Source: Dehalococcoidia bacterium (GTDB taxonomy: Bacteria > Chloroflexota > Dehalococcoidia > SM23-28-2 > RBG-16-64-32). Taken from it: a stretch of DNA of 64,000 bases. Shown in pieces: positions 1 through 7,807 of the stretch. Below the pieces are notes generated by a model. That model was not told the DNA's origin, did not search any database, and saw only the letters and a list, made by a program, of their open reading frames with translations. The stretch lies in assembly GCA_963665775.2 (NCBI GenBank), contig CAXXTF010000002.1, forward strand, positions 1,248,001-1,312,000. Reading direction: 5' to 3'. How positions within the stretch are numbered: the stretch's first letter is position 1; each line of letters starts with the position of its first letter. Made by a program: the position numbers and the translations under genes.

Positions 1-90
1 ATCCTTGACCCATCCCCCTGATCGATATAATGCATCCTCCTTTTCGCCATCTTAGGATTGACAACGAAGTGCAGCAGCATTAAGATGTTC

Positions 91-106
91 TTGCAACTAA
101 TTGCAA
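91..106. promoter_or_regulatory. Candidate Fur/Nur-type operator TTGCAA-N4-TTGCAA
   Basis: TTGCAACTAATTGCAA inverted repeat 14 nt upstream of the Fur-family gene. Confidence 0.55.
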
Positions 107-120
107 CTAGCACCTGAAAA

Positions 121-567
121 ATGAGTAGCCACGGCGCGATCATGGAGTCCCTACGGGAGGTGGGCTACAGGCTCACACCCCAGCGGATGCTCATCGTCTC
201 TATCATCCATGAGTCAAAGGGCCACATCACGGCAGAGGAGATCCACAATCGCGTCGCCCAACAGTATCCCTACGTGGATATCTCCACCGTCTACAGGACG
301 TTGCAGCTCCTGAAGAAGCTCCATATCGTAAGCGAGACCGATCTGGGTGGCAACCGCATCCAGTACGAGTTGGCCGCCGGGACGCGGCACCATCACCTGG
401 TCTGCCACCGCTGTGGCGCCACTACCGCCCTGAACGACGACGTGATCGAGCCGCTGCGGGCGAGGCTTGCGGAGACGCACGGCTTCCAGGCGGACATGGA
501 GCATTTCGCCATCTTCGGTCTGTGCGAGGCCTGCCACGGCAAACAGGGCGAGGAGGCCCGACCTTAA
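121..567 (+). CDS. Fur-family metal-responsive transcriptional regulator (Zur/Nur-like)
   Basis: GYRLTPQR, STVYRTL, HHHLVCxxCG and C-terminal CxxC motifs. Confidence 0.92.
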   Translation: MSSHGAIMESLREVGYRLTPQRMLIVSIIHESKGHITAEEIHNRVAQQYPYVDISTVYRTLQLLKKLHIVSETDLGGNRIQYELAAGTRHHHLVCHRCGATTALNDDVIEPLRARLAETHGFQADMEHFAIFGLCEACHGKQGEEARP

Positions 568-1326
568 ATGCCCTTTGAACTGGGCGTGGGGCTGATCGGA
601 ACGGGGCTGACCCTGGGTCTGCGCCACGGCGCCGACTGGGACCACATCGCCGCCATCACGGACGTGACCAGCACCCAAGCAAACCGGCTCAAGGCGTTCG
701 GGTTAGGCACCCTCTACGCCCTGGGACACGCCTTCGTCGTGATCCTGTTGGGCCTGCTGGCCATCTGGCTGGGGACCACCCTACCTAGCAGCGTCGACAA
801 GTACATGGAGAGTGTCGTTGGCATCACCCTCATCCTCCTGGCGGTATGGGTATTCTGGTCTTTGATCCACAACCGGGAGAACTTCCGGATGCAAAGCCGA
901 TGGATGCTGCTGTTCCGGACCTTTCGTCGGGCCTATCACTGGCTGGAGCGGCGGCTCGCCGGCCACGTTCACGCCGACCACGAACATCACCAGCCGGAGA
1001 GCGAAGGATACGGCGCCGGCGCCGCCTACGGCATCGGCATGCTTCACGGCATCGGCGCCGAGACCGGCACCCAAGTCCTACTGTTCGCCACCGTTGCCGG
1101 GGCCAAGAGCGACATGTCGGCCAGCCTGCTCCTCGTCGCCTTCGTGGCCGGGCTGGTAGTGTCCAACTCGCTGATCGCCCTCGCCTCCATAACCGGCCTG
1201 TGGGGCAAGCGGGCCAACAGCATCGCTTACCAGGCGGTGGGTGTGGTGGTGGGCGTGTTCAGCCTCACTCTGGGCATCCTCTTCCTGGTGCAGAGGGGCA
1301 ACGTCTTCCCTGCCATCCTCTCGTAG
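568..1326 (+). CDS. NiCoT (HoxN/HupN/NixA/RcnA-like) nickel/cobalt permease
   Basis: GLRHGADWDH signature, GH in TM, His-rich loop, HGIGAET motif; abuts the fur gene. Confidence 0.85.
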   Translation: MPFELGVGLIGTGLTLGLRHGADWDHIAAITDVTSTQANRLKAFGLGTLYALGHAFVVILLGLLAIWLGTTLPSSVDKYMESVVGITLILLAVWVFWSLIHNRENFRMQSRWMLLFRTFRRAYHWLERRLAGHVHADHEHHQPESEGYGAGAAYGIGMLHGIGAETGTQVLLFATVAGAKSDMSASLLLVAFVAGLVVSNSLIALASITGLWGKRANSIAYQAVGVVVGVFSLTLGILFLVQRGNVFPAILS

Positions 1327-1391
1327 CGCCGGCTAAAGCATGAGCGCCCCCGGATCGAAGGCGCCCTCGCGAGCTCCTCGGCAGTGCGCGG

Positions 1392-1703
1392 CTATCCCTT
1401 AGCCACGCTCACATCGTCGCCCTCTACCTGCACCGCGTAGGTGCGGACAGAGCTGTCCGGGGGAGGGCCCACGACCTCGCCGCTCTTCACGTTGAACTGG
1501 CCCGAGTGCCAGGGGCACTCCACGACCTCGCCCATGAGTACGCCCTCGCCGAGGGGGCCGCCACGATGGCTGCACTCGTTGCCGAAGGCGACGATCTCGC
1601 CCCCCACGTTGGCCAAAACGACCTCCTGGTCGTCAACCTCCACCACCATCATTTCGCCGGGCGGCACTTCACCCACGCTGGCCACTCGCACGAACTCGGA
1701 CAT
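1392..1703 (-). CDS. Rieske [2Fe-2S] ferredoxin
   Basis: CSH...CPWH motifs; ATG at 1703 follows a GGAGGT SD. Confidence 0.9.
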   Translation of the reverse strand: MSEFVRVASVGEVPPGEMMVVEVDDQEVVLANVGGEIVAFGNECSHRGGPLGEGVLMGEVVECPWHSGQFNVKSGEVVGPPPDSSVRTYAVQVEGDDVSVAKG

Positions 1704-1830
1704 GCGCACCTCCTGCCGGTATTTAACAAGCGTTCACTGCATATATGTTAACACAACGCTTAACCAGTCTTGCCGGGCGGCCGCCGCCCGTGCTACTATT
1801 ACGGGCGTCAGCGAACTCCGGTTTCAGTCG

Positions 1831-1864
1831 AACCTTTAAGGCGGCCCCGCGAGGCCGACAAGGA
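1831..1864 (+). promoter_or_regulatory. PyrR-binding RNA loop (anti-antiterminator)
   Basis: AACCTTTAAG-GCGGCCCCGCGAGGCCG-ACAAGG fits the CCUUUAA...RUCCnGnGAGGY...AAGG pattern; lies upstream of pyrR. Confidence 0.8.
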
Positions 1865-1925
1865 GAGACGATCCTGGTCCGTACTCACGCCCTAGGCTAC
1901 GGCGCCCCATACCGAGCGAGCCATG

Positions 1926-1958
1926 ACCCCTCTCGCGGCGGCAGCGAGGGGGTTTTTT
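1926..1958 (+). terminator. pyr leader attenuator terminator
   Basis: ACCCCTCTCGC...GCGAGGGGGT hairpin followed by a T-run just before pyrR. Confidence 0.85.
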
Positions 1959-1983
1959 GTTGCCTCAAGCGCCGGGGAACCCG

Positions 1984-2553
1984 ATGAGCCACGCCGTAGT
2001 CCTTTCCGCCGGCGACATCCGGCGGGCAATCCGCCGCATCGCCCGCGAGATCGTGGAGCGCAACCGAGGGTTGGAAGAGGTGGTGCTGGTGGGAATGCGC
2101 ACTCGCGGCGTGCCCCTGGCCCAGCGCCTGGCCGACACCCTTGGCGAGTTCGAGGGGGAGAGCGTGCCCATCGGTACCCTGGATATCGGCCTCTATCGAG
2201 ACGACATCCCCTACCGCGAGCTAAAGCCACGCATCCAGCCCACCGAGCTGCCCACCGACATCGACGGTAAGCGCGTAGTGCTGGTGGACGATGTGCTGTA
2301 CACCGGCCGCAGCATTCGCGCCGCCCTGGATGCCCTCATCGACTTCGGCCGGCCCGCCACGATACAGCTCGCGGTGCTGGTTGACCGCGGCCACCGGGAG
2401 CTGCCCATCCGGGCCGACTACGTGGGGAAGAACATCCCCACATCCATGGGAGATGACGTGCAGGTCTTACTTCAAGAGACGGACGGACGCGACGAAGTGG
2501 TCGTCATGCCCGTTCTGAGCGGAGCCGAAGGAACGCCGGAAGGTGAACGATGA
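1984..2553 (+). CDS. pyrR: Pyrimidine operon regulator / uracil phosphoribosyltransferase PyrR
   Basis: [47 protein letters not shown]. Confidence 0.96.
   Translation: MSHAVVLSAGDIRRAIRRIAREIVERNRGLEEVVLVGMRTRGVPLAQRLADTLGEFEGESVPIGTLDIGLYRDDIPYRELKPRIQPTELPTDIDGKRVVLVDDVLYTGRSIRAALDALIDFGRPATIQLAVLVDRGHRELPIRADYVGKNIPTSMGDDVQVLLQETDGRDEVVVMPVLSGAEGTPEGER
2508..2532 (+). repeat. REP-like palindrome in the pyrR 3' end (encodes PVLSGAEG)
   Basis: GCCCGTTCTGAGCGGAGCCGAAGGA; related to copies at 4484, 23479, 27569 and 31578. Confidence 0.6.
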
Positions 2554-3557
2554 CGGAGGAGAGAACAGCGCCGGGGGCCGCTCCCGTCCTCGAGACACAG
2601 GCGCCCTGGAAGCGACGCCACGTCCTGGACCTGGACGACTTCAGGTCCGGCGAGATTGAGGCCGTTATGGAGACGGCGGACGCCATGAAAGAGGTGCTGG
2701 GCCGCGAGGTGCCCCGCGTGCCCGCCCTGCGCGGCAAGACCGTCGTCACTCTCTTCTACGAGTCTAGCACCCGCACCCGCACCTCCTTCGAGCTGGCGGC
2801 CAAGGCGCTGGGCGCCGATGTCATCAGCATCGGCGCCGACGGCTCCAGCGTCGAGAAAGGGGAGTCGCTTGTCGACACCGTGCGCACCCTGCAGGCCGTG
2901 GGCGGACAGCTACTGGTGATGCGCCATAGCTCCTCCGGCGCTCCTTACCTGGTGGCGCGGCAGGTACAGCTAAACGTCATCAACGCCGGCGACGGCTGGC
3001 ACGCCCATCCCACCCAGGGGCTGCTGGACCTGTACACCATGCGCTCTCGCCTGGGTGACCTTAAGGGCAAGCGCGTCGTCATCGTCGGCGACATCGCTCA
3101 CAGCCGGGTGGCCCGCTCCAACATTTGGGGCCTGACCGCCCTGGGCGCCGATATTGTAGTCTGCGGGCCGCCCACGCTGCTGCCCTACGGCCTGCGGCCC
3201 GGCGAAAGGGGCGCAGAGGAGCCTCCGGCCCTGCCGCCGGTGACGGTGGAGACGGAGCTGGAGCGAGCGCTGGCGGGCGCCGATGTGGTGATGGCGCTGC
3301 GACTCCAACTGGAGCGGATGAGTTCCGGCCTGCTCCCCTCGCTGCGGGAGTACACGCGGCTGTACCAGGTGAACGAGGATCGGCTGGCCCGCGCCCGTCC
3401 CGGCGCCCTGATGATGCACCCGGGGCCGATGAACGAGGGAGTGGAGATATCGCCGGCCCTGGCCCGCAGCGCCCAGTCCGTGATCGAGGAGCAGGTGAAC
3501 AACGGCGTCGCCGTGCGCATGGCGGTCCTCTACCTGCTGGCCAGGGGGAAGCCGTGA
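2550..3557 (+). CDS. pyrB: Aspartate carbamoyltransferase catalytic subunit
   Basis: [26 protein letters not shown]. Confidence 0.97.
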   Translation: MTEERTAPGAAPVLETQAPWKRRHVLDLDDFRSGEIEAVMETADAMKEVLGREVPRVPALRGKTVVTLFYESSTRTRTSFELAAKALGADVISIGADGSSVEKGESLVDTVRTLQAVGGQLLVMRHSSSGAPYLVARQVQLNVINAGDGWHAHPTQGLLDLYTMRSRLGDLKGKRVVIVGDIAHSRVARSNIWGLTALGADIVVCGPPTLLPYGLRPGERGAEEPPALPPVTVETELERALAGADVVMALRLQLERMSSGLLPSLREYTRLYQVNEDRLARARPGALMMHPGPMNEGVEISPALARSAQSVIEEQVNNGVAVRMAVLYLLARGKP

Positions 3558-3567
3558 GGGGAGGGAA

Positions 3568-3631
3568 CCACCCCGACGTAAACGCTAGGGCATCTATCCG
3601 GCATGATGCCCCAGGCTTCAACCTGGCGTGG
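3568..3631. repeat. Paired imperfect inverted repeats (REP doublet / IS200-IS605-end-like)
   Basis: CCACCCCGACGTAAACGCTAGGGCATC and GATGCCCCAGGCTTCAACCTGGCGTGG in inverted orientation. Confidence 0.5.
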
Positions 3632-3642
3632 AGGGCATCCTC

Positions 3643-4986
3643 ATGACCGGCTCCCTTGCCCTCCGCGGCGGGCGGGTCATCGATCCGGTAAACCGCATCG
3701 ATACTGTCGCCGACGTCCTCATCGTCGAGGGACGCGTCGCCGCCGTCGGTCCGGACGCGGGGAAGGACGCCTCCCAGACCATCGATGCCCGCGGGCTAGT
3801 CGTCTCCCCCGGCTTCGTCGATATCCACTGCCACCTGCGGGAGCCCGGCTTCGAGCAGAAGGAGACGATCGCCACCGGAACCCTGGCGGCGGCCCGCGGC
3901 GGCTTCACCACCGTCTGCGCCATGCCCAACACCGAGCCGCCCATCGACACGGCGGCCGTCCTCGGGTTCGTGCTGCGGACCGCCCGCGCCGAGGGTACCG
4001 TGCGCGTGCTGCCCATCGCCTGCGTGACGCGGGGCCGGGCAGGGAGCGATCTGGCCGAACTGGCGGAGCTGGCGGAGGCGGGCGCCGTCGCCTTCAGCGA
4101 CGACGGCTCGCCCGTGGCCGACGCCCACCTCATGCGCCGCGCCCTGGAGTACGCCTCCATGCTGGGGCTGCCCGTCATCGACCACTGCGAGGAGCGCTCG
4201 CTGGCCGAGGGCGGCGTCATGCACGAGGGGTGGGTGTCCACCCGCCTGGGTCTGCCCGGCGTCCCCGCCGCCGCCGAGGAGATGATGGTGGCCCGGGACA
4301 TCGCCCTGGCCGAGCTCACCGGCTCCCGCGTCCACATCGCCCACGTGAGCACGGCCGGCAGCGTCGACCTCCTACGCCGCGCCAAGGCCAGCGGCCTGCC
4401 CCTGACGGCGGAGGTGACGCCCCACCACCTCTGCCTGACCCACGAAGCGGTGCTGGGCGCGGCCGAGTCGCCCGCCGGGCTGGCCCATTCGATCGGCTCA
4501 GGGCTGGCCTACGACACCGACGCCAAGGTGAACCCGCCCCTACGCACGCCCGAGGACGCCGCCGCCTGCCTGGCGGGCCTTTTAGACGGCAGAATCGACT
4601 GCATCGCCACCGATCACGCGCCCCACGCCATCGAGGACAAGCTGTGCGAGTTCGACCGCGCTGCCTTCGGCATCAGCGGCCTGGAGACGGCCCTGGCCCT
4701 CTGCCTGACGCTGGTGAACGAGAAGCGGTTGGCCCTGCCGTCGCTCCTCGAGAAGCTGACCGTCGGGCCGGCGCGAGCCCTGGGCCTCGATAGGCGCATC
4801 GAGGGCCTCGGCACCCTGTCCGTGGGCGCGCCGGGGGACGTGGCCCTTATCGACCCCGAGGCGGAGTGGACGGTGGCGCCGGAGCGCTTCGCATCGAAGG
4901 GGAAGAACACGCCGCTGGCGGGACGCACGCTGCGCGGGCGGGTGATAGCGACGGTGTATGGGGGAAGCGTGGTGCATCAAGAATGA
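3643..4986 (+). CDS. pyrC: Dihydroorotase
   Basis: DIHCHLREPG, MPNT, EVTPHHL, KVNPPLR, ATDHAPH; alternative GTG start at 3628. Confidence 0.96.
   Translation: MTGSLALRGGRVIDPVNRIDTVADVLIVEGRVAAVGPDAGKDASQTIDARGLVVSPGFVDIHCHLREPGFEQKETIATGTLAAARGGFTTVCAMPNTEPPIDTAAVLGFVLRTARAEGTVRVLPIACVTRGRAGSDLAELAELAEAGAVAFSDDGSPVADAHLMRRALEYASMLGLPVIDHCEERSLAEGGVMHEGWVSTRLGLPGVPAAAEEMMVARDIALAELTGSRVHIAHVSTAGSVDLLRRAKASGLPLTAEVTPHHLCLTHEAVLGAAESPAGLAHSIGSGLAYDTDAKVNPPLRTPEDAAACLAGLLDGRIDCIATDHAPHAIEDKLCEFDRAAFGISGLETALALCLTLVNEKRLALPSLLEKLTVGPARALGLDRRIEGLGTLSVGAPGDVALIDPEAEWTVAPERFASKGKNTPLAGRTLRGRVIATVYGGSVVHQE
4484..4508 (+). repeat. Degenerate REP-like copy in frame within pyrC (AHSIGSGLA)
   Basis: CCCATTCGATCGGCTCAGGGCTGGC resembles CCCTTCGACCAGGCTCAGGGC at 31578. 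Confidence 0.5.
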
Positions 4987-5468
4987 ACGATGTAGTGCAG
5001 GGCGCATTGATAGCTGCGCTTTCGGCGCTTGGTGGCGTCCTGATCACGCAGATTGGCAATGTGGTAATTGAAAAGCGCCGCGAGCTAGCGAGCTATCGTG
5101 TCAATCTGTACGCGAAGCGCCTCGAGGTGCATCAGGAGGCTTATCGCTGGTTGCTCACTCTAATCGAGTGGCTTCGCAGCACAATGGAACAGCCGCCAGA
5201 TGAAATTCCTCGTCTCTTTCACCAGAGGCTCGACTACGAGAGTAAAGAGGCCAGAAAGTGGTGGGATGCGAATTGCCTCTACTTGGACGACTCATCTCGC
5301 GCTCTTGTTGTCCGGTTCATTGAGATAGCACGCGCCGTAGCGGATCAAGAGGATCTGCCGGAAGGCACTGATCCGATAAGAGTCTACCGTGATGCGTTGG
5401 GCGCTATTCAGACGGGCATTGGGATGAAACACATTGAGGAGAGGAAGGTCGAGCCGGTTGACCGCTAG
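4983..5468 (+). CDS. Hypothetical protein with one N-terminal TM helix, inserted between pyrC and carA
   Basis: ATGA overlap with the pyrC stop; visibly more AT-rich codons than the flanks. Confidence 0.7.
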   Translation: MNDVVQGALIAALSALGGVLITQIGNVVIEKRRELASYRVNLYAKRLEVHQEAYRWLLTLIEWLRSTMEQPPDEIPRLFHQRLDYESKEARKWWDANCLYLDDSSRALVVRFIEIARAVADQEDLPEGTDPIRVYRDALGAIQTGIGMKHIEERKVEPVDR

Positions 5469-6543
5469 TGTTCTACTCGTGCTGGCAGACGGCACGTCCT
5501 TCGCCGGGCAGCCCCTGGGGGCCGCGGGCCGCAGCCACGGCGAGGTCGTCTTCTCCACTGCCATGACCGGCTACCAGGAGATGCTCACCGACCCCTCCTA
5601 CGCCGGCCAGATCCTGGTCCTCACCTACCCCCTGGCCGGCAACTACGGCATCAACCCCGAGGATGTGGAGTCGAGGCGCATCCAGGTGCGCGGCCTGGTC
5701 GTCCACGAGGCCTGCGACCTCCCCTCCCATTGGCGCTCGGAGATGACCCTGCACCAGTACCTCGCCTCGGAGGAGATCGCCGGCATCTCCGGCCTCGACA
5801 CGCGGGCCCTCACCCACCGCCTGCGCCGCGCCGGTGTCATGATGGGCACGATCACCGCCGACGAGACGGCCGACGAGGCGCTGGCCCGCCTGCGCTCCCT
5901 TCCGCCCTACGGCGAGACCGACCTGGCGCGGGAGGTGACCACCGACCAGCCGTACGATTGGCCGCAGCCGGAGGAGCCGCGCCGTCACGTCGTGGTCGTG
6001 GACAGCGGCGTGAAGTACAACATCCTGCGCCTGCTGCGAGAGCGCGGCTGCCGCGTGACCACGCTACCCTGCACCGCTTCGGCGGAGGATGTCCTATCGC
6101 TCAATCCGGACGGCGTCCTCTTCTCGCCCGGCCCGGGCGACCCGGCGCTGCTGGACTACCTGGTGTCGACGGTGAAGGGGCTCATCGGGAAGAGGCCGCT
6201 GCTGGGGATCTGCCTGGGGCACCAGCTGCTGGGCCGGGCCTTCGGCGCCCGCACGTTCAAGCTGAAGTTCGGTCACCGAGGCGCCAACCACCCGGTGCGC
6301 GACCTGCTGACCGGCCGCATCCACATCACGGCCCAGAACCACGGTTACGCCCTGGACGGCGACGGCCTCTCCGATGGCATCGAGGTGTCGCAGGTGCACC
6401 TGAACGACGGCACCGTCGAGGGGCTGTGGCACCCTTCAGAGCCGCTGCTCTCCATCCAGTACCACTCGGAGGCCTCACCGGGGCCCCAGGACAACGTGTA
6501 CATCTTTGACCGCTTCGTCCAGATGATCGAGGAGGCCACCTGA
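5458..6543 (+). CDS. carA: Carbamoyl-phosphate synthase small subunit
   Basis: GEVVFSTAMTGYQE, SPGPGDP, GICLGHQ, QYHSEASPGP; probable TTG start. Confidence 0.96.
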   Translation: MTASVLLVLADGTSFAGQPLGAAGRSHGEVVFSTAMTGYQEMLTDPSYAGQILVLTYPLAGNYGINPEDVESRRIQVRGLVVHEACDLPSHWRSEMTLHQYLASEEIAGISGLDTRALTHRLRRAGVMMGTITADETADEALARLRSLPPYGETDLAREVTTDQPYDWPQPEEPRRHVVVVDSGVKYNILRLLRERGCRVTTLPCTASAEDVLSLNPDGVLFSPGPGDPALLDYLVSTVKGLIGKRPLLGICLGHQLLGRAFGARTFKLKFGHRGANHPVRDLLTGRIHITAQNHGYALDGDGLSDGIEVSQVHLNDGTVEGLWHPSEPLLSIQYHSEASPGPQDNVYIFDRFVQMIEEAT

Positions 6544-7001
6544 TGCCGGAGCCAACCTATCGCCAGGCCAGCCCGGACGACGCCGAGGCGATCGCCGCCG
6601 TGAGCGCGCACGTTTGGCGGGAGGAGGGGGAGAGCAGCGGCATCCGCGAGCCCCTGGCCACCGCCGAGGGGGTAGTCGCTCGCATGGCCGGCTACGACGA
6701 TCGCGGCGCCATCTTCATCTGCGAACGAGATGAGGGCGCCTGCGGCTTCGCCCTGCTGGAGCTGTACGCGCCGGAGGAGGGGTCCGCCGTCCTGGGCGTG
6801 TGGGTCCTCCCCTCGATGCGACGACAGGGGATCGGGCGGGAGCTGGCCCTGATGGCCCTGGCGTTCGCCCGCGCGGCGGAGTATCGGAAGGTGCGGGGGA
6901 CGCTGCCGCCGGGGAACGAGGCGGCGCTCTCCTTCTTCGACGAGATCGGAGCCTTGGCCCCGGTAGTGGGCGCGGGCATGCAGTACGAGCTGCCGCTGTG
7001 A
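6543..7001 (+). CDS. GNAT family N-acetyltransferase
   Basis: VLPSMRRQGIGRELA acetyl-CoA motif A, NEAALSFF. Confidence 0.85.
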   Translation: MPEPTYRQASPDDAEAIAAVSAHVWREEGESSGIREPLATAEGVVARMAGYDDRGAIFICERDEGACGFALLELYAPEEGSAVLGVWVLPSMRRQGIGRELALMALAFARAAEYRKVRGTLPPGNEAALSFFDEIGALAPVVGAGMQYELPL

Positions 7002-7012
7002 GGGAGGAAACG

Positions 7013-7072
7013 ATGACCTCCCTCCGCCGCTCTTACCCTCGCTCCGGGCCCATCGTCATCGGCCCGGCGGGG
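7013..7072 (+). pseudogene. Orphaned duplicate of the carB 5' end
   Basis: AGGGAGGA SD + ATGACC; 7041-7068 matches carB 7842-7869 at 26/28 nt (SGPIVIG vs SGPIIIG). Confidence 0.75.
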
Positions 7073-7075
7073 CTG

Positions 7076-7417
7076 CTACTCGGCGGGCGCCTCATACACC
7101 AGGCGGCCGGTTCGAATGATCTCGCGCAGGAAGGAGTGGCGGCCCAGGTTATGGTACTCGCTGGAGGGATAGCCGATGGGCTCGATGCGCCCATCGCGCT
7201 CGCGCCATGTCAGCCGCGAGATTATCTCCTGCCTCTCGTTAATGGGCAGCGCTTCGAAATCAGGCGAAACAACGGCGATGTCGATGTCGCTCCACTCATG
7301 CGGGCGCCCCTGACCATACGAGCCATAAAGGATCACGGCCTCAACACGAATACTCTTTTGCAGGTTTTCAATGAAGCGTGAGATCGCTCTCTCTAGTTCA
7401 GCTTGGGTCGTAACCAA
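7076..7417 (-). CDS. Minimal nucleotidyltransferase (MNT) domain protein
   Basis: LYGSYGQGRPHEWSDIDIAVV (GS-x10-DxD). Confidence 0.9.
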   Translation of the reverse strand: MVTTQAELERAISRFIENLQKSIRVEAVILYGSYGQGRPHEWSDIDIAVVSPDFEALPINERQEIISRLTWRERDGRIEPIGYPSSEYHNLGRHSFLREIIRTGRLVYEAPAE

Positions 7418-7767
7418 TCGAATAGCTCCGTGGCTCGCCTATAGTAAGACTCGGCCTGCTCATGGGTATATTCCGCAATCACATCGCCATATCGAGTTGG
7501 ATTGTACTGCCTGGCGAGACTGTCCAGGAACCCCCACATCTCCTCTTCTAATTCTAGACCAACTTCCCGCGCCAGCGATACAAGACTGTGTGTCTTCGGA
7601 GGATATCCCTCTTTCGCCTGTTCGATCCACAATGCCTTCAGCAGTTTCTCGGTCGCCTGCTGGCAATGAAATACGCACGGCCGGTACAGTGACGACTCCA
7701 GAGCCGACCCGGCCATATGACGGTCCTCTTCCGCCAGCCTCACCCAGCCCTGCGTCTCCGGCTTCAT
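7393..7767 (-). CDS. HEPN domain protein (partner of MNT)
   Basis: CVFHCQQATEKLLKA, PPKTHSLVSL, TRY motifs. Confidence 0.9.
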   Translation of the reverse strand: MKPETQGWVRLAEEDRHMAGSALESSLYRPCVFHCQQATEKLLKALWIEQAKEGYPPKTHSLVSLAREVGLELEEEMWGFLDSLARQYNPTRYGDVIAEYTHEQAESYYRRATELFDWLRPKLN

Positions 7768-7807
7768 ACGCGCATCCTAGCTCACCATCGTTTGGCAGGT
7801 CAAAACA

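Noticed and set aside
48-87. Hairpin CATCTTA/TAAGATG containing GCAGCATTAAG, reminiscent of SRP RNA
   Set aside because: Lacks the CAGG-nCC-GRAA-GG core of SRP domain IV; it does not match a NiCo riboswitch either
3603-4793. Long alternative-frame and antisense ORFs (also 9296-10183, 29090-30064, 36043-37029, 52083-52979)
   Set aside because: Shadow ORFs typical of high-GC DNA, overlapping well-supported genes
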